Assembly (NCBI GenBank): GCA_010909165.1
Contig: VJWM01000179.1
Location: 372,001 to 436,000, forward strand
From: Anthoceros angustus
Lineage: Eukaryota > Plantae > Anthocerotophyta
Direction of reading: 5' to 3'
Length of the DNA: 64,000 nt
Numbering within the stretch: the first letter of the stretch is position 1; each line of letters opens with the position of its first letter. Under the pieces are notes generated by a model that was given only the letters and a program-made list of their open reading frames with translations, did no database searches and was not told the DNA's origin. This document shows, piece after piece, positions 47,963 to 60,419 of the stretch. The position numbers and the translations under genes are program-made.

Positions 47963-49527
47963 TTACCCGTTGGTGGTGTCCTCGCCTCGAGCTCGTCGTC
48001 TCTCACGTTACTGCGCTCGGGCGCTCGGCGATCTGGCGTCCGACTCTCTAATTCTCCTTAACTACCTCCGTCCTCACGCATCCACGCTTTTACGGGCGAT
48101 TTCATTCCCGCAGCGCCAAAATGTGCGCGACTTTCGTGAGCGGTAGCGCACAATCCGTGTCGTTGTAGGAAGAGTCCGTTCCCAAAGGAATGATAGGCTC
48201 CGTTTGCGTTTGATTCTTCTCACTTGCTCGTTCGGTCACGCACACATTCATATTCGCTAACTACTAGCGTTCGCACGGGCCGGTATGGCCAAGCGTTTGA
48301 GACCCGTTCGCGTCCGTTCGTTCGTTCGTCCTCGCACCTCGTCATCCTCTCTCCACTCCCCACACTCTCTCGGAAAAGCTACCGCGGTCCGGACCTCCTC
48401 GTCGTTCGGGCCTCTCCGTCCGGGCTCTACGCCCTCCGAGTCCTCCGGCTCACCGCGTTCCGGTCCGTTCGGCCCGGCTGACTCGGGCGACCAGTCCCGA
48501 TCACCCTTCACCGCACACCACAACACGTTAGGTCGTCACGGGACCTGATCTCTCCGGGTCGTGCACCTTGACTCGGGACTCACGTTAGCAAGAAGGCATC
48601 CTTCAATCTTGAAGGTTGCGGCGTGCAGGGTGGTATTTCCTCCGATACCAGCAGGCAGCGTCCCGGGACCCCTTGGAGCAATTTGGATGAGCTGCGCATC
48701 CGAACCTTCTCCGTTGAAGTTTGCGCGACAAAATCCTCCACGAAGGTTTGATCTCTCTCCTTCTTACCTCCAAAGAGAATCGCTTGTCGGCGTTGTTGCC
48801 ATCGCGATCGGCAAGGGTGAGGAACCGCCCTTACCACCGCGACTTGGTGCTTCCTCCTCACGATCCAACTCCACCACGCTTACATTGGTGGTGTGTCGCC
48901 TCGAGCTCGTCGTCTCTCACGTGCTGCGCGGGCGCTCGGCGCCAACGTCCGACTCTCTCGATTCGTAACTACCTCCGTCCTCACGCATCCACGCTTTTAC
49001 GGGCGATTTCATTCCCGGCAGCGGCGCCAAAATGTGGCGCGACTTTCGAGCCGGTAGGTAGCGCACAATCCGTGTCGTTGTAGGAAGAGTCCGTTCCCAA
49101 AGGAATGATAGGCTCCGTTTGCGGCGTTTGATTCTTACCTCACTTGCGTCGTTCGGTCTCACGCACACATTCTCGCTAACTACTACAACGTTCACGGGCC
49201 GGTATGGCCAAGCGTTTAAGGACCCGTTCGTCCGTTCGTTCACGTTCGTCACTCGCACCTCTTCGTTCCTCTCTCCACTCACACACTATCGGTCTTAGAA
49301 GCAGCGGGTTACGATCGGACCTCCTCGTCGTTCGGGCCTCTCCGTCCGGGCTCTGCGCCCTCCGAGTCCCTCGGCTCACCTGCGTTCCGGTCCGTTCGGC
49401 GGCGCGGCTCAGGCGAGCACGGGTCCCGATCACCCTTCCTGCACACACACACCACGTTAGGTCGTCACGGGACCAGTCAATCTCCGGGTCGTGCGCTTTC
49501 GGTGACTCGGGACTCACGTTAGCAAGA
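47675..49527. repeat. Tandem duplication, 2 x ~0.9 kb, across the gag start / PBS / LTR end
   Basis: Copies begin agaaggcatccttcaatcttgaagg at ~47675 and ~48591. It creates a second degenerate PBS at ~48106-48118. Confidence 0.9.
49013..49029 (-). other. Primer-binding site complementary to the tRNA-Asp 3' end
   Basis: Minus-strand ACA-ttt-TGGCGCCGCTGCCGGGA, similar to the Athila PBS TGGCGCCGTTGCCGGGG. Confidence 0.85.
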
Positions 49528-52500
49528 AGACACACAGTGCAGAGCGGCATCAACACCAAGAAGATGATTTATTGCGACCTCGGCCCTCTTATACTCGCCC
49601 AGTCGGCGTCTTTATTACACCCTATTACGGGCGGTGGCCATTTCGGTCCTAATCGGCCGCCTACCATCCTATTCCTCCTCCTATCTCCTTCGTCGGCGGT
49701 GGGTGGGAAGGTCCGGGTTCCGCCTCGGGATTGGTGGTCAATCTCCGGCATTGCGGCGCGCAATCGGATGATCGCGGGACCCCTTCCTCTTCCGGAATCA
49801 CAGCCGGGTTGGGCTCTGGCGGCGTCGGCGACCGCCGTTACCACGTCATCCTCCCTGGCCCCGTGGGTCCCCTCCGGTGGGGCCCATTGTCTGCTCCCCA
49901 GCGTAAGTCGAGGGGCTCCTCCTTCTGAGTCCGGACCTCGGGGTCGGTCTCGACTCGGTCGGAACCGAGTCTGCCTCTTGAGTCAGGTCTGCTGGGTCGG
50001 TCTCATCTCTGGGGTTCGGACCTCGGGGTCGAACTTATTCAGTCGGTCTCCCAACTCCGGACCCCTTACTGCGGACCTCTTCGCTGGGTCCTCATCCCTT
50101 CCCAGACCCTTGTCTTGGGTCGGTTGGTTCCTTCCCCCCAGGCCCCCTCTATCTTCCGGCGGTTCTGCGGACTTACAGGATTCGTTGTATGGCGCGTCTG
50201 CTCCTCTTGATGCTCTCTCCCCCTCGTCTCTAAGCAGGGCCACTAGGGTCCCGTCTTGTCCCCGTGCCCTTCATCCCCCGGGCCTTCCAGGGGTCGTGCA
50301 GTGGCGGGGGCTTGAGGAGCTCGGTGTGGTAATAGGCAAAGTCCAGATCAACTTGGTGCCTCTTCCATGTGCGGGCACCGATACTCCCCGCCATTGGTGC
50401 TCGGTGGGCGTCTTTGCCCGGCTTGTTGGACCACCTCCCCTGAGTTTTGGTGGGCCGGGCTCTCACGCGAGGCTCGTGCCTCGGTCACCTCCTGCGGCCT
50501 TGTTGCTCCACTCGCTGCTCCTCCGTCGTTTCGCTCGCGCTTACCGCCATAGCGCGGCGTTCCCCGCCTTCTCAAGCGGACCAGCGGCTTCTTTTCCGTC
50601 CGGTGCTCTCGCTCCTCCGTTCATTACGGCGTTAACTCCGCCATCTCCCTCTCCCGGTGAACGCTCTGCCCGTGCGGGCTCGCCAGTCCTTCTCCATTTG
50701 GCGTCTGCTCCTGTTCCGCCCGTCTCCTCCGTCCAGCAGTGGGCCGCTCTATTTCTGTTCGTGATCGCGATCACGCCCTGACTACCATTCCTCTCGGTGG
50801 TAGTTTGGGTTGACTCAAGGTCTCCTTGCGGTCTTCCATCTCACTGGCTCCACCTCCGCGGTGAGGCGGAGATCCTCCATCTCCTTGCGCGCCCTCCTCG
50901 GCATGGGCGCCCTTTTGCTCCGCCTCCATCTTGAGTTAGTGGCTATCCTGTCTCCCTCCACGGTTCCGATCACGATAGTGATCCCGGTCGATCTTAGCCT
51001 CCCTCTTCCTGCTTCGCCCATTTGGCGGCTGGTCGGTCAGGCGCCTCCGGGATCCGAGCCTTCTGCTTGGGCCTCCTCGCCTCCTGCGCTCCCTCACTGC
51101 GGAGGTCTTGCCGTGCTTGGGCCTCCAGCTGCTTGTTGCTCACCCGGTGAAGGAATTTGTCGATCTGTCGGATGGACGGACTTCCCTCTCGGCCTCCTGC
51201 GTTTCCCTTCCTCGATCGGCGAGGCTTGGCCTTCCTCCTTGCCTCCTGGGCCCCCTCAGCTGCTCACGGAGGTACCATCGCCTCGGGTGGCTTCTACCTC
51301 AGGTCTTCTCGGCCATCCGAGACCCCAAAGCATCGTCCATGGCGGTAGCGGACCCAGTGTTTCTTCCACGGCCGCCAGTGAGGCTCCCACAAAGTCCGTA
51401 GTGGGAGGCGGGCATTTCTGATCCGCAAGGACCTCCATACCATGATCCGGAGTAAGTCGGTGGGTTCTCGGACCTAATCGGGACCCTTAGGTCACGAGTC
51501 TTTGGTCAGCTTCACCCTCCTTGGCCCTCTTGGCATGAGTTCTTTGCCCTCTTTCACAGGGCTCGGAGGAGGTGAGAGTCAGGAGCAAGCCCTTTTGCCC
51601 CTTCACAGGGGCAGGCTCCGGTGCAGTGCTGCCCGGTGACCTCCCACTCCTTGCGTCCTTCGCCCTCCTTCGCCTCTTGACTTCTTGCCACTCAGGTGGC
51701 GGGGGTAGAATCTTGCACCGTCGAGTCTTTGCGTTGGTGGCATCTTGCGCCTCTTGGTTCCCTGAGTCGGGGCTCTGGTGTTCTGGTGGGCCGGGCTGTG
51801 GGGCCGCTCCTGTTCTCCTCTGCTTGGTGCTCGGAGGCACCGAGGAAGGCGATTTCCTTCCCATACTTCCACAGGTGGTGAGGGGTCCGTTCACGTATGG
51901 AGTCGGAATCCTCGATCGTCCTCCTCCGGGTCAGTTTGGCCTTGAGGTGGCCTCCCCCTCGGCGCCCTTGCGCTCCACTTGGCGGGGCCTCGGCCCCGGG
52001 CGCCGCTCACTCTCCCTCCTTGAGGCTCATGTCCCCATACATGGATCGGTATGGGGCGGCCAGTGGCGAGGCTTCGCTCCTGAGCTTGCGCCTCCCAGGC
52101 GCCGGGCGAAGATAATCCTTCCCGATCCGCCCTCTTCCCCTTGGCGCATGCGGGGAATACCAACAGTTATCACCAAGGTGATCCACCTTGGTGGCGAGTT
52201 CAATGGACAATGATCGGGCTACGCCCCCTTACGGTATCCGGCGGTCGGATATCAACCACCGTTGGTGGTCGCTGCGTTCGAGCCTCGCATCGCGGTGCGG
52301 CCCTATCTTCCCCCGCCTTGAGGGGCTCGGCACCACGCCCCTTCTTCCTCCTTTGGGCGGTTGTAGGCCTCGGACCTCAAGGTCCATCGCCTCGGGTCCT
52401 CCGGAGGTTCTTGGACCGAACCTCCTTGTTGGCCGCCACATCTTTGGGCGAACTCCGGACGGTGTGTTGTCAGCGTCGACGACAGGAACACATCCGGTGC

Positions 52501-53190
52501 CACTCCTCGACTAATTCCCGCTTCCTCCGGCCGGGCCCAAAGTCCGGATAGCGCGGGTCACAATGTTGCGCTCTAGGTTCCATGGCTCCCAAACCTTCGC
52601 GAGCTTTTGGGTGCCATCGTCTCCCTTGTAGGCTGGCAGCCGGGAGGCACGTCGCCCTCCTCGCGTTGTTTGCTCCAACCCCAGCGGTGAGCCACGCTCG
52701 AAGGTGCTTGGCGCTCAAAGAGATAGCGCCCGAGCGGGTTGCGGGCGCAAGGTGTGGTGTCTCGGTGCTGAAGCCTTCCCTTGACGCGCCTTTGAAATGC
52801 GGGAAGGCGCCTCTTCCACATTAGCGAGTGCATGGCTTTTACGACCGCGCTCGCTTACTGCGGCCTTGCGCCTACGCCCGCCGATCGCGGGCGTGAATAC
52901 ACCTGCTGCGGCCCTGGCAGGTACGGTCTGGCTGCATGCCGACCTCCACTCGGGGCCGTCCACGTGGCGCCGCCTGTCATCCTCACGACTCAACTTCTAA
53001 GTTACTTTCCTGGCGTACTTATCTGTTTGACCGGGTGGGGTCGGACTTATCCGTTAGCGTAGTCGGTGCACCGCCATAGTGGGTCGAGTCGTTGCCCTCA
53101 GTCCGGGGTATACTCCGGTCGGTCAGTGCTATCCGCTTATTCCTCCTTTTTCATTGATCCTCCGATCCTCTGAAAAAACAAAACCCTACT
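49033..53190 (-). repeat. 5' LTR, outer ~25 bp missing
   Basis: Homology to the 3' LTR ends at aaaccctac (53181-53189), about 25 bp short of the predicted TG start. No TSD can be verified. Confidence 0.7.
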
Positions 53191-53655
53191 TATTCCAAAG
53201 GGAAGTCAAGTAGCCCAGCGTGAATTTGTATGTTCGGGTTGGAAGATGCATATCTACGGTCTTGTTGAGCGCAATCTATCAAGATCCATAGGCGAAAATG
53301 TCTTACAAGAACACTACTTGGGCTTGAAGCTTTTGCACAAGGAGAGGTGGCATTTGTGGAGGATGAAGATGATAATGCGTTTGGGCCATCAGATGAAGAA
53401 GATGGGCCGGTCCCAGATATTTTGAGCCATTCAGATGATGGGGCATCTGAGCAGGAAGATGGTGAAGGCATGGTGTGGAATGGGGTTTTTGCATCCAAAG
53501 ACGCAAAGAGGCCACATTACCCTCTATGTCGTTATAGTCCTAGGATTCGATCCCAAGGGAATGGTTTTGTGTCAAGATGTTCTAAAACTATGGATTCTAG
53601 TCCTCCTACAATGGTTCCTACCCTACAAATCAACTACCATCAACCCGTGGTAAGG

Positions 53656-53892
53656 CCACCACCGTGGTGGCTCCACCACCGTGGTGGCTCCACCACCGTG
53701 GTGGCTCCACCACCGTGGTGGCTGCTTCCATGACGGTGGCGGCTCCACCACCGTGGTGGCTCCACCACCGTGGTGGCTCCACCACCGTGGTGGCTCCACC
53801 ACCGTGGTGGCTCCACCACCGTGGTGGCTCCACCACCATGGTGGCTGCTTCCATGACGGTGGCGGCTCCACCACCGTGGTGGCTCCACCACC
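53656..53892. repeat. 17-bp tandem repeat CCACCACCGTGGTGGCT, quasi-palindromic (also at ~55050-55140)
   Basis: Directly visible, with an interleaved gcttccatgacggtggcggct variant. Confidence 0.95.
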
Positions 53893-54200
53893 ACAGACCC
53901 TCCTTGGGCCACAGACCCCTCCTTGGGCCACAGACCCTCCTTGGGCCACAGACCCTCCTTGGGCCACAGACCCCTCCTTGGGCCACGGACCCCCACAGGC
54001 CACAGACCCCTCCTTGGGCCACAGACCCCTCCTTGGGCCACAGACCTCACACCACCTCACAAGATGTTCCACAGATCCTCCTCTCTCGGGCCACCAGACC
54101 TCTCTTGGGCCACAGACCCTCCTTGGGCCACCAGACCCCTCCTTGGGCCACCAGACCTCCTTGGGCCACACTCCTCCTTGGGCCACACAGACCCTCCTTG
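53891..54200. repeat. 18-19-bp tandem repeat CACAGACCC(C)TCCTTGGGC
   Basis: Directly visible and immediately abutting the 17-bp array. Confidence 0.95.
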
Positions 54201-56029
54201 GGATTAGACACAATCTGGTTAGGCAGTGGGTTGGGAAAGGAAAAAACAGTGAGTCGGCTCACAGGCGATTCGCACCCAGCGATCTCACCCGGTCCCTGAA
54301 TTTCCCTCTCCATGCATTGAGCACCCTTCACCACTAGTCACCCCAGACGGAGCTTGGTCACTCGGCTCTCGACCATCCAGGATCTCCCGGCCCTCTTGTG
54401 ACGAGAAGACACAATCGGCCGTCATCGATCGGATGTCTCCAACCAACCACGCAAATTCGACACACGGAGCTCACACAAATTGTCTAAGAGAGAGGCGAAG
54501 GGTCTCTATACATCCGTGCCGCGCCATAGCTCACTTTCCCGGTGTCTAAAGATGGCTAACCTACCTCCGGTGTCTAAGATGGCTAACCTACCACGCGCCT
54601 ACCAATTCGGGTATCTACATTCACAAGCTTCCTAGCACCTTATCCTCTAATCCAAGTGAAAGCCTCGACCTATGATGCCACTCCCCTCTAAAAATCGGGC
54701 CTCCCTGGGCCGCCTAACCCGCGCCCATGGGTGTTCCCTCGCTCTCCTACCACGCCTCGATCGGAAGATCCTCCCTTAATATCTCCACCTCACTCCCGCT
54801 TATCCGAGGTCCCTTCACTCCTCCTAGGAGGCGCCGTCTGCTCATCGCCTCGCGACGCTTTCGCCTCCTCATCCTGGACAGCCAAGCGTCGTTCCTCCAT
54901 CCACGCTCTAGCCTCCGCCTTGCTCATTTCCTCGAGCACAACTGTGAAGGTATGCCCGGCTCCTATGGACAATCCTGGCCGCTCGAACTGAGGGAGTTGC
55001 ATCCCCTCTCTGACTCCGGTGGCTTCCCCACCTTGGGTCCTTCTTCCGCGACGGTGGCGGCTCCACCACCGTGGTGGCTCCACCACCGTGGTGGCTCCAC
55101 CACCATGGTGGCTGCTTCCATGACGGTGGTGGCTCCACCACCGCAGCCCGCCTTCTTCGCCTCTCTTGACCACAGCCCTAGCCTCATCTCTCCGCTTATA
55201 CCTCTCCGCTAGCTTGAACTTCTCCGGAGGTGCAGGCGTCTCCACTTGTTCACAGGCCCCTGTTCTTTGAATGAAGGATCCCCACCTTATATAGACAATT
55301 TTATTCCTAAAAATCCCAAGGTCCAAGGACCTTCTAGCCCCGACATTCCTGTGTTCGAGGCCCAAGGACTAATTATTTGTAAAAGTAATATTGCCATGGG
55401 CCAAGGACCACTTTTAGTATAAAGGCCTTGCCTCGGACATTTCCTAAGCACCCCATCACACAAAACATAAGAAAAACAAAAAAACATTCAAACCAACAGT
55501 CGAGGGAGGGTTAGTGTACATGTGGTCTTCCACATGGCGCGAGTTGCATAGGCCTTATTCTAGGAGGAAATGGAGCGCGGCATCGCGCCCTTCGCCCCAT
55601 GAAGAAGGTGAAGAGGTGGGCGCGGCATGCATCCCAAAGCAGCGCCACCTAGCACGATGGTGCTATGCGTGAGTGAGGGGTTGGAATGCAAGAGGGGAAG
55701 GGTAGGCAGGCGGTGGGGCGCGCATCGCCGCCCGCAACAGGCGGCCGGCATGCAGCGCCCCGCCGGACTGGCCGAGGGCAAAGGCGGGCGCCGGCATGCA
55801 GTGCCCCGGGGAGGCGAAGCGGATGGGGCGGCCTGCTGCGCCTATCAAAGGCGAGGGGCGCCCAGCAGTGGCGCCCTCCACGTGATGTCGTTGAATTTGA
55901 AGATGATGGGCGCCATGGCCTAAATCACTCACCCGGACTGGCGAGAATGAATCGCCCAACCCCAAAAACGGAGGGCAACCACAAAGGAAGGCGAAAGGAA
56001 GACCAAAGCACCAAGGGTGGAAACGGGTG

Positions 56030-56361
56030 ATACACAGTCTCATGAAGGAAGCACGCAATCGGACTTCGGCGACAAAGACATCCAAACTCTTCACGTGGCC
56101 ACGGATAGCGGCGGTTGAGGCGTCGCATATGGACGAAGACTACCTCACAAATGTACGATGCCTTACTCGAAAAAAGGTGGTGCCGTGTTGGTGAAACTTG
56201 AAAATTTGAGGCTGCATTATTCTTGACCCCGATGCCCGGATCCGGAAAGTTGATGAGGCTGGGCAAACTATCTTGCGTGTCAAAAGGGAAGGATTGAAGA
56301 AGGAGTGCTTCCCTATTATGATGATTGACCTGCAGTGCACAGATGTTGAACAACTTGATTG
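56030..56361 (+). pseudogene. Degraded duplicate of the ParB-like gene fragment
   Basis: DNA copy of 58040-58385 within the 2-kb duplication. Confidence 0.6.
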
Positions 56362-57340
56362 AACACGATAATTTTTGAAGGGGTGAATAATCTCGAAGGG
56401 GTTTTCATAAATAATCTACGAAGGGGTTTTGATGGGCCCTAAAGCAGTTTGAAGGCATTCGGAAAAACACTCGAAAAAAGGTGTCACCGGAAAGTTACTA
56501 CTTTCCATGCAATGTTTGTGTCGAATGGTGGTGCATAAACTCGAACCTAGGGAATGATGCAAAGTAGGAGCGGTGAGGAAGGCCGTTCTGCCGGGCGAGA
56601 CATTGTAAACTTCGATTTTGGGATGGAAATGTGGTTTTGTTATGACACCACAAAAGCCACCGAGGTATTTCCTAACACGAAACATCGGCAGGACTTACAA
56701 CATTAACTGGGACCCGGGAAAAAGCAGATTTGATTTCACTCATCCCGAGTTCAATCCATCGTCATCACTTGGTCCGACTTCTCCTCCATTGTCATCACTA
56801 TCTTGATGACACTTTCACTCGCGGGTATGAACCACGCAACTCATGAGCTTATCCCTTATCGCTTTTTGTCCATACGGATGTTTAGTCGTTCAACACAAAC
56901 CCATGTCTGAGGATATTGTTTCATTCACAAATACCTCTGTATGTTTTTAGGTAATGGATCTTATTCCCTTTTTCCTCGGCATTGGACGGATGGGTTACCA
57001 CTCTGGCGGACTATGTTCTGCACATATCTCCTTCATACGCATCTATGTGCTCGGTCCGATACTAGTGGATAAGAAAGTGAGGTCGTGGTGCGTTTAGCTT
57101 CACGTCAATGACCTCCCAATCCGAGAATGGCTTATGCGTGTCCGTATTGCAGCCTTTGCCGAAACATCCCTCTCGGTTCCGTTATGTCCCCATTCATCGT
57201 GCCATTTCCATGATTGCCTTCCGCATTTTGATATGCCCCAAATACATATCACGCATGGGAGGTCCCTCAATAATGCCTCATCTAGCAAAGCTTCATCCGG
57301 CACTTGAAGTGGTGTGTATGATCCATACGTGAAAACCACT
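56362..57340. mobile_element. Element B, truncated copy 3
   Basis: Starts aacacgataatttttgaagggg and is colinear with 6336-7270. Confidence 0.8.
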
Positions 57341-58039
57341 TCCAAGGACCTTCTAGCTGACATTCCAGGTTCGAGGCCCAAGGACTAATTATTTGTAAAA
57401 GTAATATTGCCATGGGCCAAGGACCACTTTTAGTATAAAGGCCTTGCCTCGGACATTTCCTAAGCACTCCATCACACAAAACATAAGAAAAACAAAAAAA
57501 CATTCAAACCAACAGTCGAGGGAGGGTTAGTGTACATGTGGTCTTCCACATGGCGCAGTTAGCATAGGCCTTATTCCTAGGAGGAAATGCATCGCCGCCC
57601 CGCCCATGAAGAAGGTGAAGAGGTGGGCGCGGCATGCATCCCAAAGCAGCGCCACCCCTAGCACGATGGTGCTATGCGTGCAGTGAGGGGTTGGAATGCC
57701 CAGGGGAAGGGTAGACGAAGCGGTGGCTGCATCTGCCGGCCCGCGGCGGCGGCGGAGGGCGCCCCGCCTGGCCGAGGGCAAAGGCGGGCGCCGGCATGCA
57801 GTGCCCCGAGGGCGGCGAGATGGGGCGGCCGGCCTGCGCCCCATGTTCCAAAGCGGGCGCCGGCCGGCGCCCTCCACAGCAGACGTTGAAGTCGAAGATG
57901 ATGGGCGCCCGGCATGCGCCCTATCACTCGGCTGGCGAGAATGAATCGCCCAACCCCAAAAACGGAGGGCAACCACAAAGGAAGGCGAAAGGAAGACCAA
58001 AGCACCAAGGGTGGAAACGGGTGATACACATGTTGGCTC

Positions 58040-58385
58040 ATGAAGGAAGCACGCAATCGACTTCCGGCAAAGAATGACATCCAAACTCTTCACGTGGCCA
58101 CAGATAGCGAGCGGTTGGAGGCGTCGCATATGGACGAAGACTACCTCACAAATGTACGTCAGTCTGCTTACTCGAAAAAGGTGGTGCCCGAAACTGTGTT
58201 GGTGAAACTTGAAAATTTGAGGCCTGCATTATTCTTGACCCCTGATGCCCAGATCCGGAAAGTTGATGAGGCCTGGGCAAACTATCTTGCCCGTGTCATT
58301 GCAAAGGGAAGGATTGAAGAAGGAGTGCTTCCCCTATTATGATGATTGACCCTGCAGAGTGCACAGATATTGAACAACTTGATTG
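58040..58385 (+). pseudogene. Second, divergent ParB-like gene fragment, truncated by element B
   Basis: ERLEASHMDEDYLTNVRQSAYSKKVVPETVLVKLENLRPALFLTPDAQI...EGVLP aligns with DRVERAQQNRDPLNQIRESAHKKRCIPHTDMVAITKLRSADYLTRDAQI...EGVLP at ~16260-16485. Confidence 0.7.
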
Positions 58386-60419
58386 AACACGATAATTTTT
58401 GAAGGGGGTGAATAATCTCGAAGGGGGTTTTCTGCAAATAATCTCTGAAGGGGGTTTTTGATGGGCCCTAAAGCAGCGTTTTGAAGGCATTCGGAAAAAC
58501 GACTCGAAAAAAGGTGTCACCGGAAAGTTACTACTTTCCATCCGGCAATGTTTGTGTCGAATGGTGGTGCTCGAACCTAGGGAATGATGCAAAGTAGGAG
58601 CGGTGAGGAAGGCCGTTCTGCGGCGGGGCAGTATGGCTTCGATTTTGGGATGGAAATGTGGTTTTGTTATGACACCACAAAAGCCACGAGGTATTTCCCT
58701 AACACGAAACATCGACGGACTTACAACATTAACTGGGACCCGGGAAAAAGCAGATTTGATTTCACTCATCCCGAGTTCAATCCATCGTCATCACTTGGTC
58801 CGACTTCTCCTCCATTGTCATCACTATCTTGATGACACTTTCACTCATGAGTTGTATGAACCACGCAACTCATGAGCTTATCCCTTATTTTGTCCACGCA
58901 TACGGATGTTTTATCGTTCAACACAAACCCATGTCTGAGGATGGTTGTTTCATTCACAAATACCTCTGTATGTTTTTAGGTAATGGATCTTATTCCCTTT
59001 TTCCTCGGCATTGGACGGATGGGTTACCACTCTGGCGGACTATGTGTTCTGCACATATCTCCTTCATACGCATCTATGTGCTCGGTCCGATACTAGTGGA
59101 TAAGAAAGTGAGGTCGTGGTGCGTTTAGCTTCACGTCAATGACCTCCCAATCCGAATGGCGTATGCGTGTCCGTATTGCAGCCTTTGCCGAAACATCCCC
59201 TCGGTTCCGTTATGTCCCCATTCATCGTGCCATTTCCGATTGCCTTCCGCATTTTGATATGCCCCAAATACATATCACTGTGGGAGGTCCCTCAATAATG
59301 CCTCATCTAGCAAAGCTTCATCCGGCACTTGAAGTGGTGGTGTGTATGATCCACTTACGCGTGAAAACCACTTCCAAGACAGCACTAGCCCAATGTTATT
59401 CTCCACAATGATAGCAATCTCCTTCCGGTCCACCCAAAAGGCTTCCCACCACTTATACTCTTCAGTCACCTATGGGCGCAAATCTTTTAACCCTTCACAC
59501 AAATGGGCCACACCTTCCATCGGTGATAGGATACAGTTCCTTCTTGTCCCCCTAGCTTCACCGTATGCATAGGATGGTGCTAAGGGAGGCGCGGCCAACC
59601 GGCGCCCTCCCCAAAGATGCTCATGGGCCGGCCGGCCTCCCCTAACACACCCTACCCATGGCGGCCGTGGCCGCCACCCCGGCCTTAGTTCTCTCCACCA
59701 AGTAATGGCGCTCTTCTCCCGAGGTGGTGGGCCCCATCGCCCTTGCCTCGCGCCATGACCCATCCCATGTCCATAGCACCTGTCTAGGTGAATATACGTG
59801 TGATATACTATACCATACACGGCAACCCGTGGCGGCTGCGTCGTTCATGGCTCCGGTTTGTGGAATGGCGGTTGGGGTTCATTTTAAGCGCGAACGTGCC
59901 CTAATCGGCCGCGAATCGGACACAATCCAGTTTGTCCAAAATCAAACGTGTTCCCAACATTGGGAACGTGTATCACGACACAAGCTTGGCCGCACGCATG
60001 CCGCGATCTCTTCGTGGTGTGAGCATGAATTGCATCGGACTTTCGCTGGCGGGCGGCGTGGAGATCAGGTGGAACCAATGTGTTCAATGGAAGGCTTGTC
60101 CATCTGCATTGCCAATGGAATTGTTTCGATTTCGAGAATGGTGAGGTGAAGAGCTTGAAGGCTGTAATTTCTACGATGCTCCACGCTCACGTCTGCGGAA
60201 GATGGTGAGACACAGCAGCGGGCGCCATCCAACACTGGCTCAAGCATTCGCAAGGCTCCTTGAAGGATCTGTTTACCTCGTAACTTTGCATTCTTACGCA
60301 TATTGCAATTTCATTCATCTGAAATGGCATGACCCTTTGTGAGCAAGGATCTAAGGCTGTTATGTCTACAATCGCCCCGGACTTTGTGAGTATGGATACA
60401 TGCCCTCTGCGACTTCGAT

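Larger units (their letters stand above)
38749..53190 (-). mobile_element. Ty3/gypsy LTR retrotransposon with a tRNA-Asp PBS (as in Athila-type elements)
   Basis: Long direct repeats at 38749-42838 and 49033-~53190; PBS; PPT; gag-PR-RT-RH-INT order on the minus strand. Confidence 0.88.
55323..59378. repeat. Tandem duplication, 2 x ~2.0 kb
   Basis: Copies begin tccaaggaccttctagc at ~55323 and ~57341; the second ends tccaagac at ~59378. Confidence 0.9.

Noticed and set aside
49013-49029. tRNA gene
   Set aside because: There are only 17 nt of complementarity to a tRNA 3' end next to the LTR, which makes this a PBS; no cloverleaf is present.
49204-50781. Longest ORF in the track (525 aa, +)
   Set aside because: It is antisense to the retroelement within a GC-rich LTR, is Ser/Pro/Arg/Leu-rich with no motif, and the equivalent region of the other LTR is broken into short ORFs.
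53623-54337. CRISPR-like or repeat-protein interpretation of the short arrays
   Set aside because: The units are head-to-tail with no unique spacers, no cas genes are present, the context is eukaryotic, and ORFs are open in all frames.
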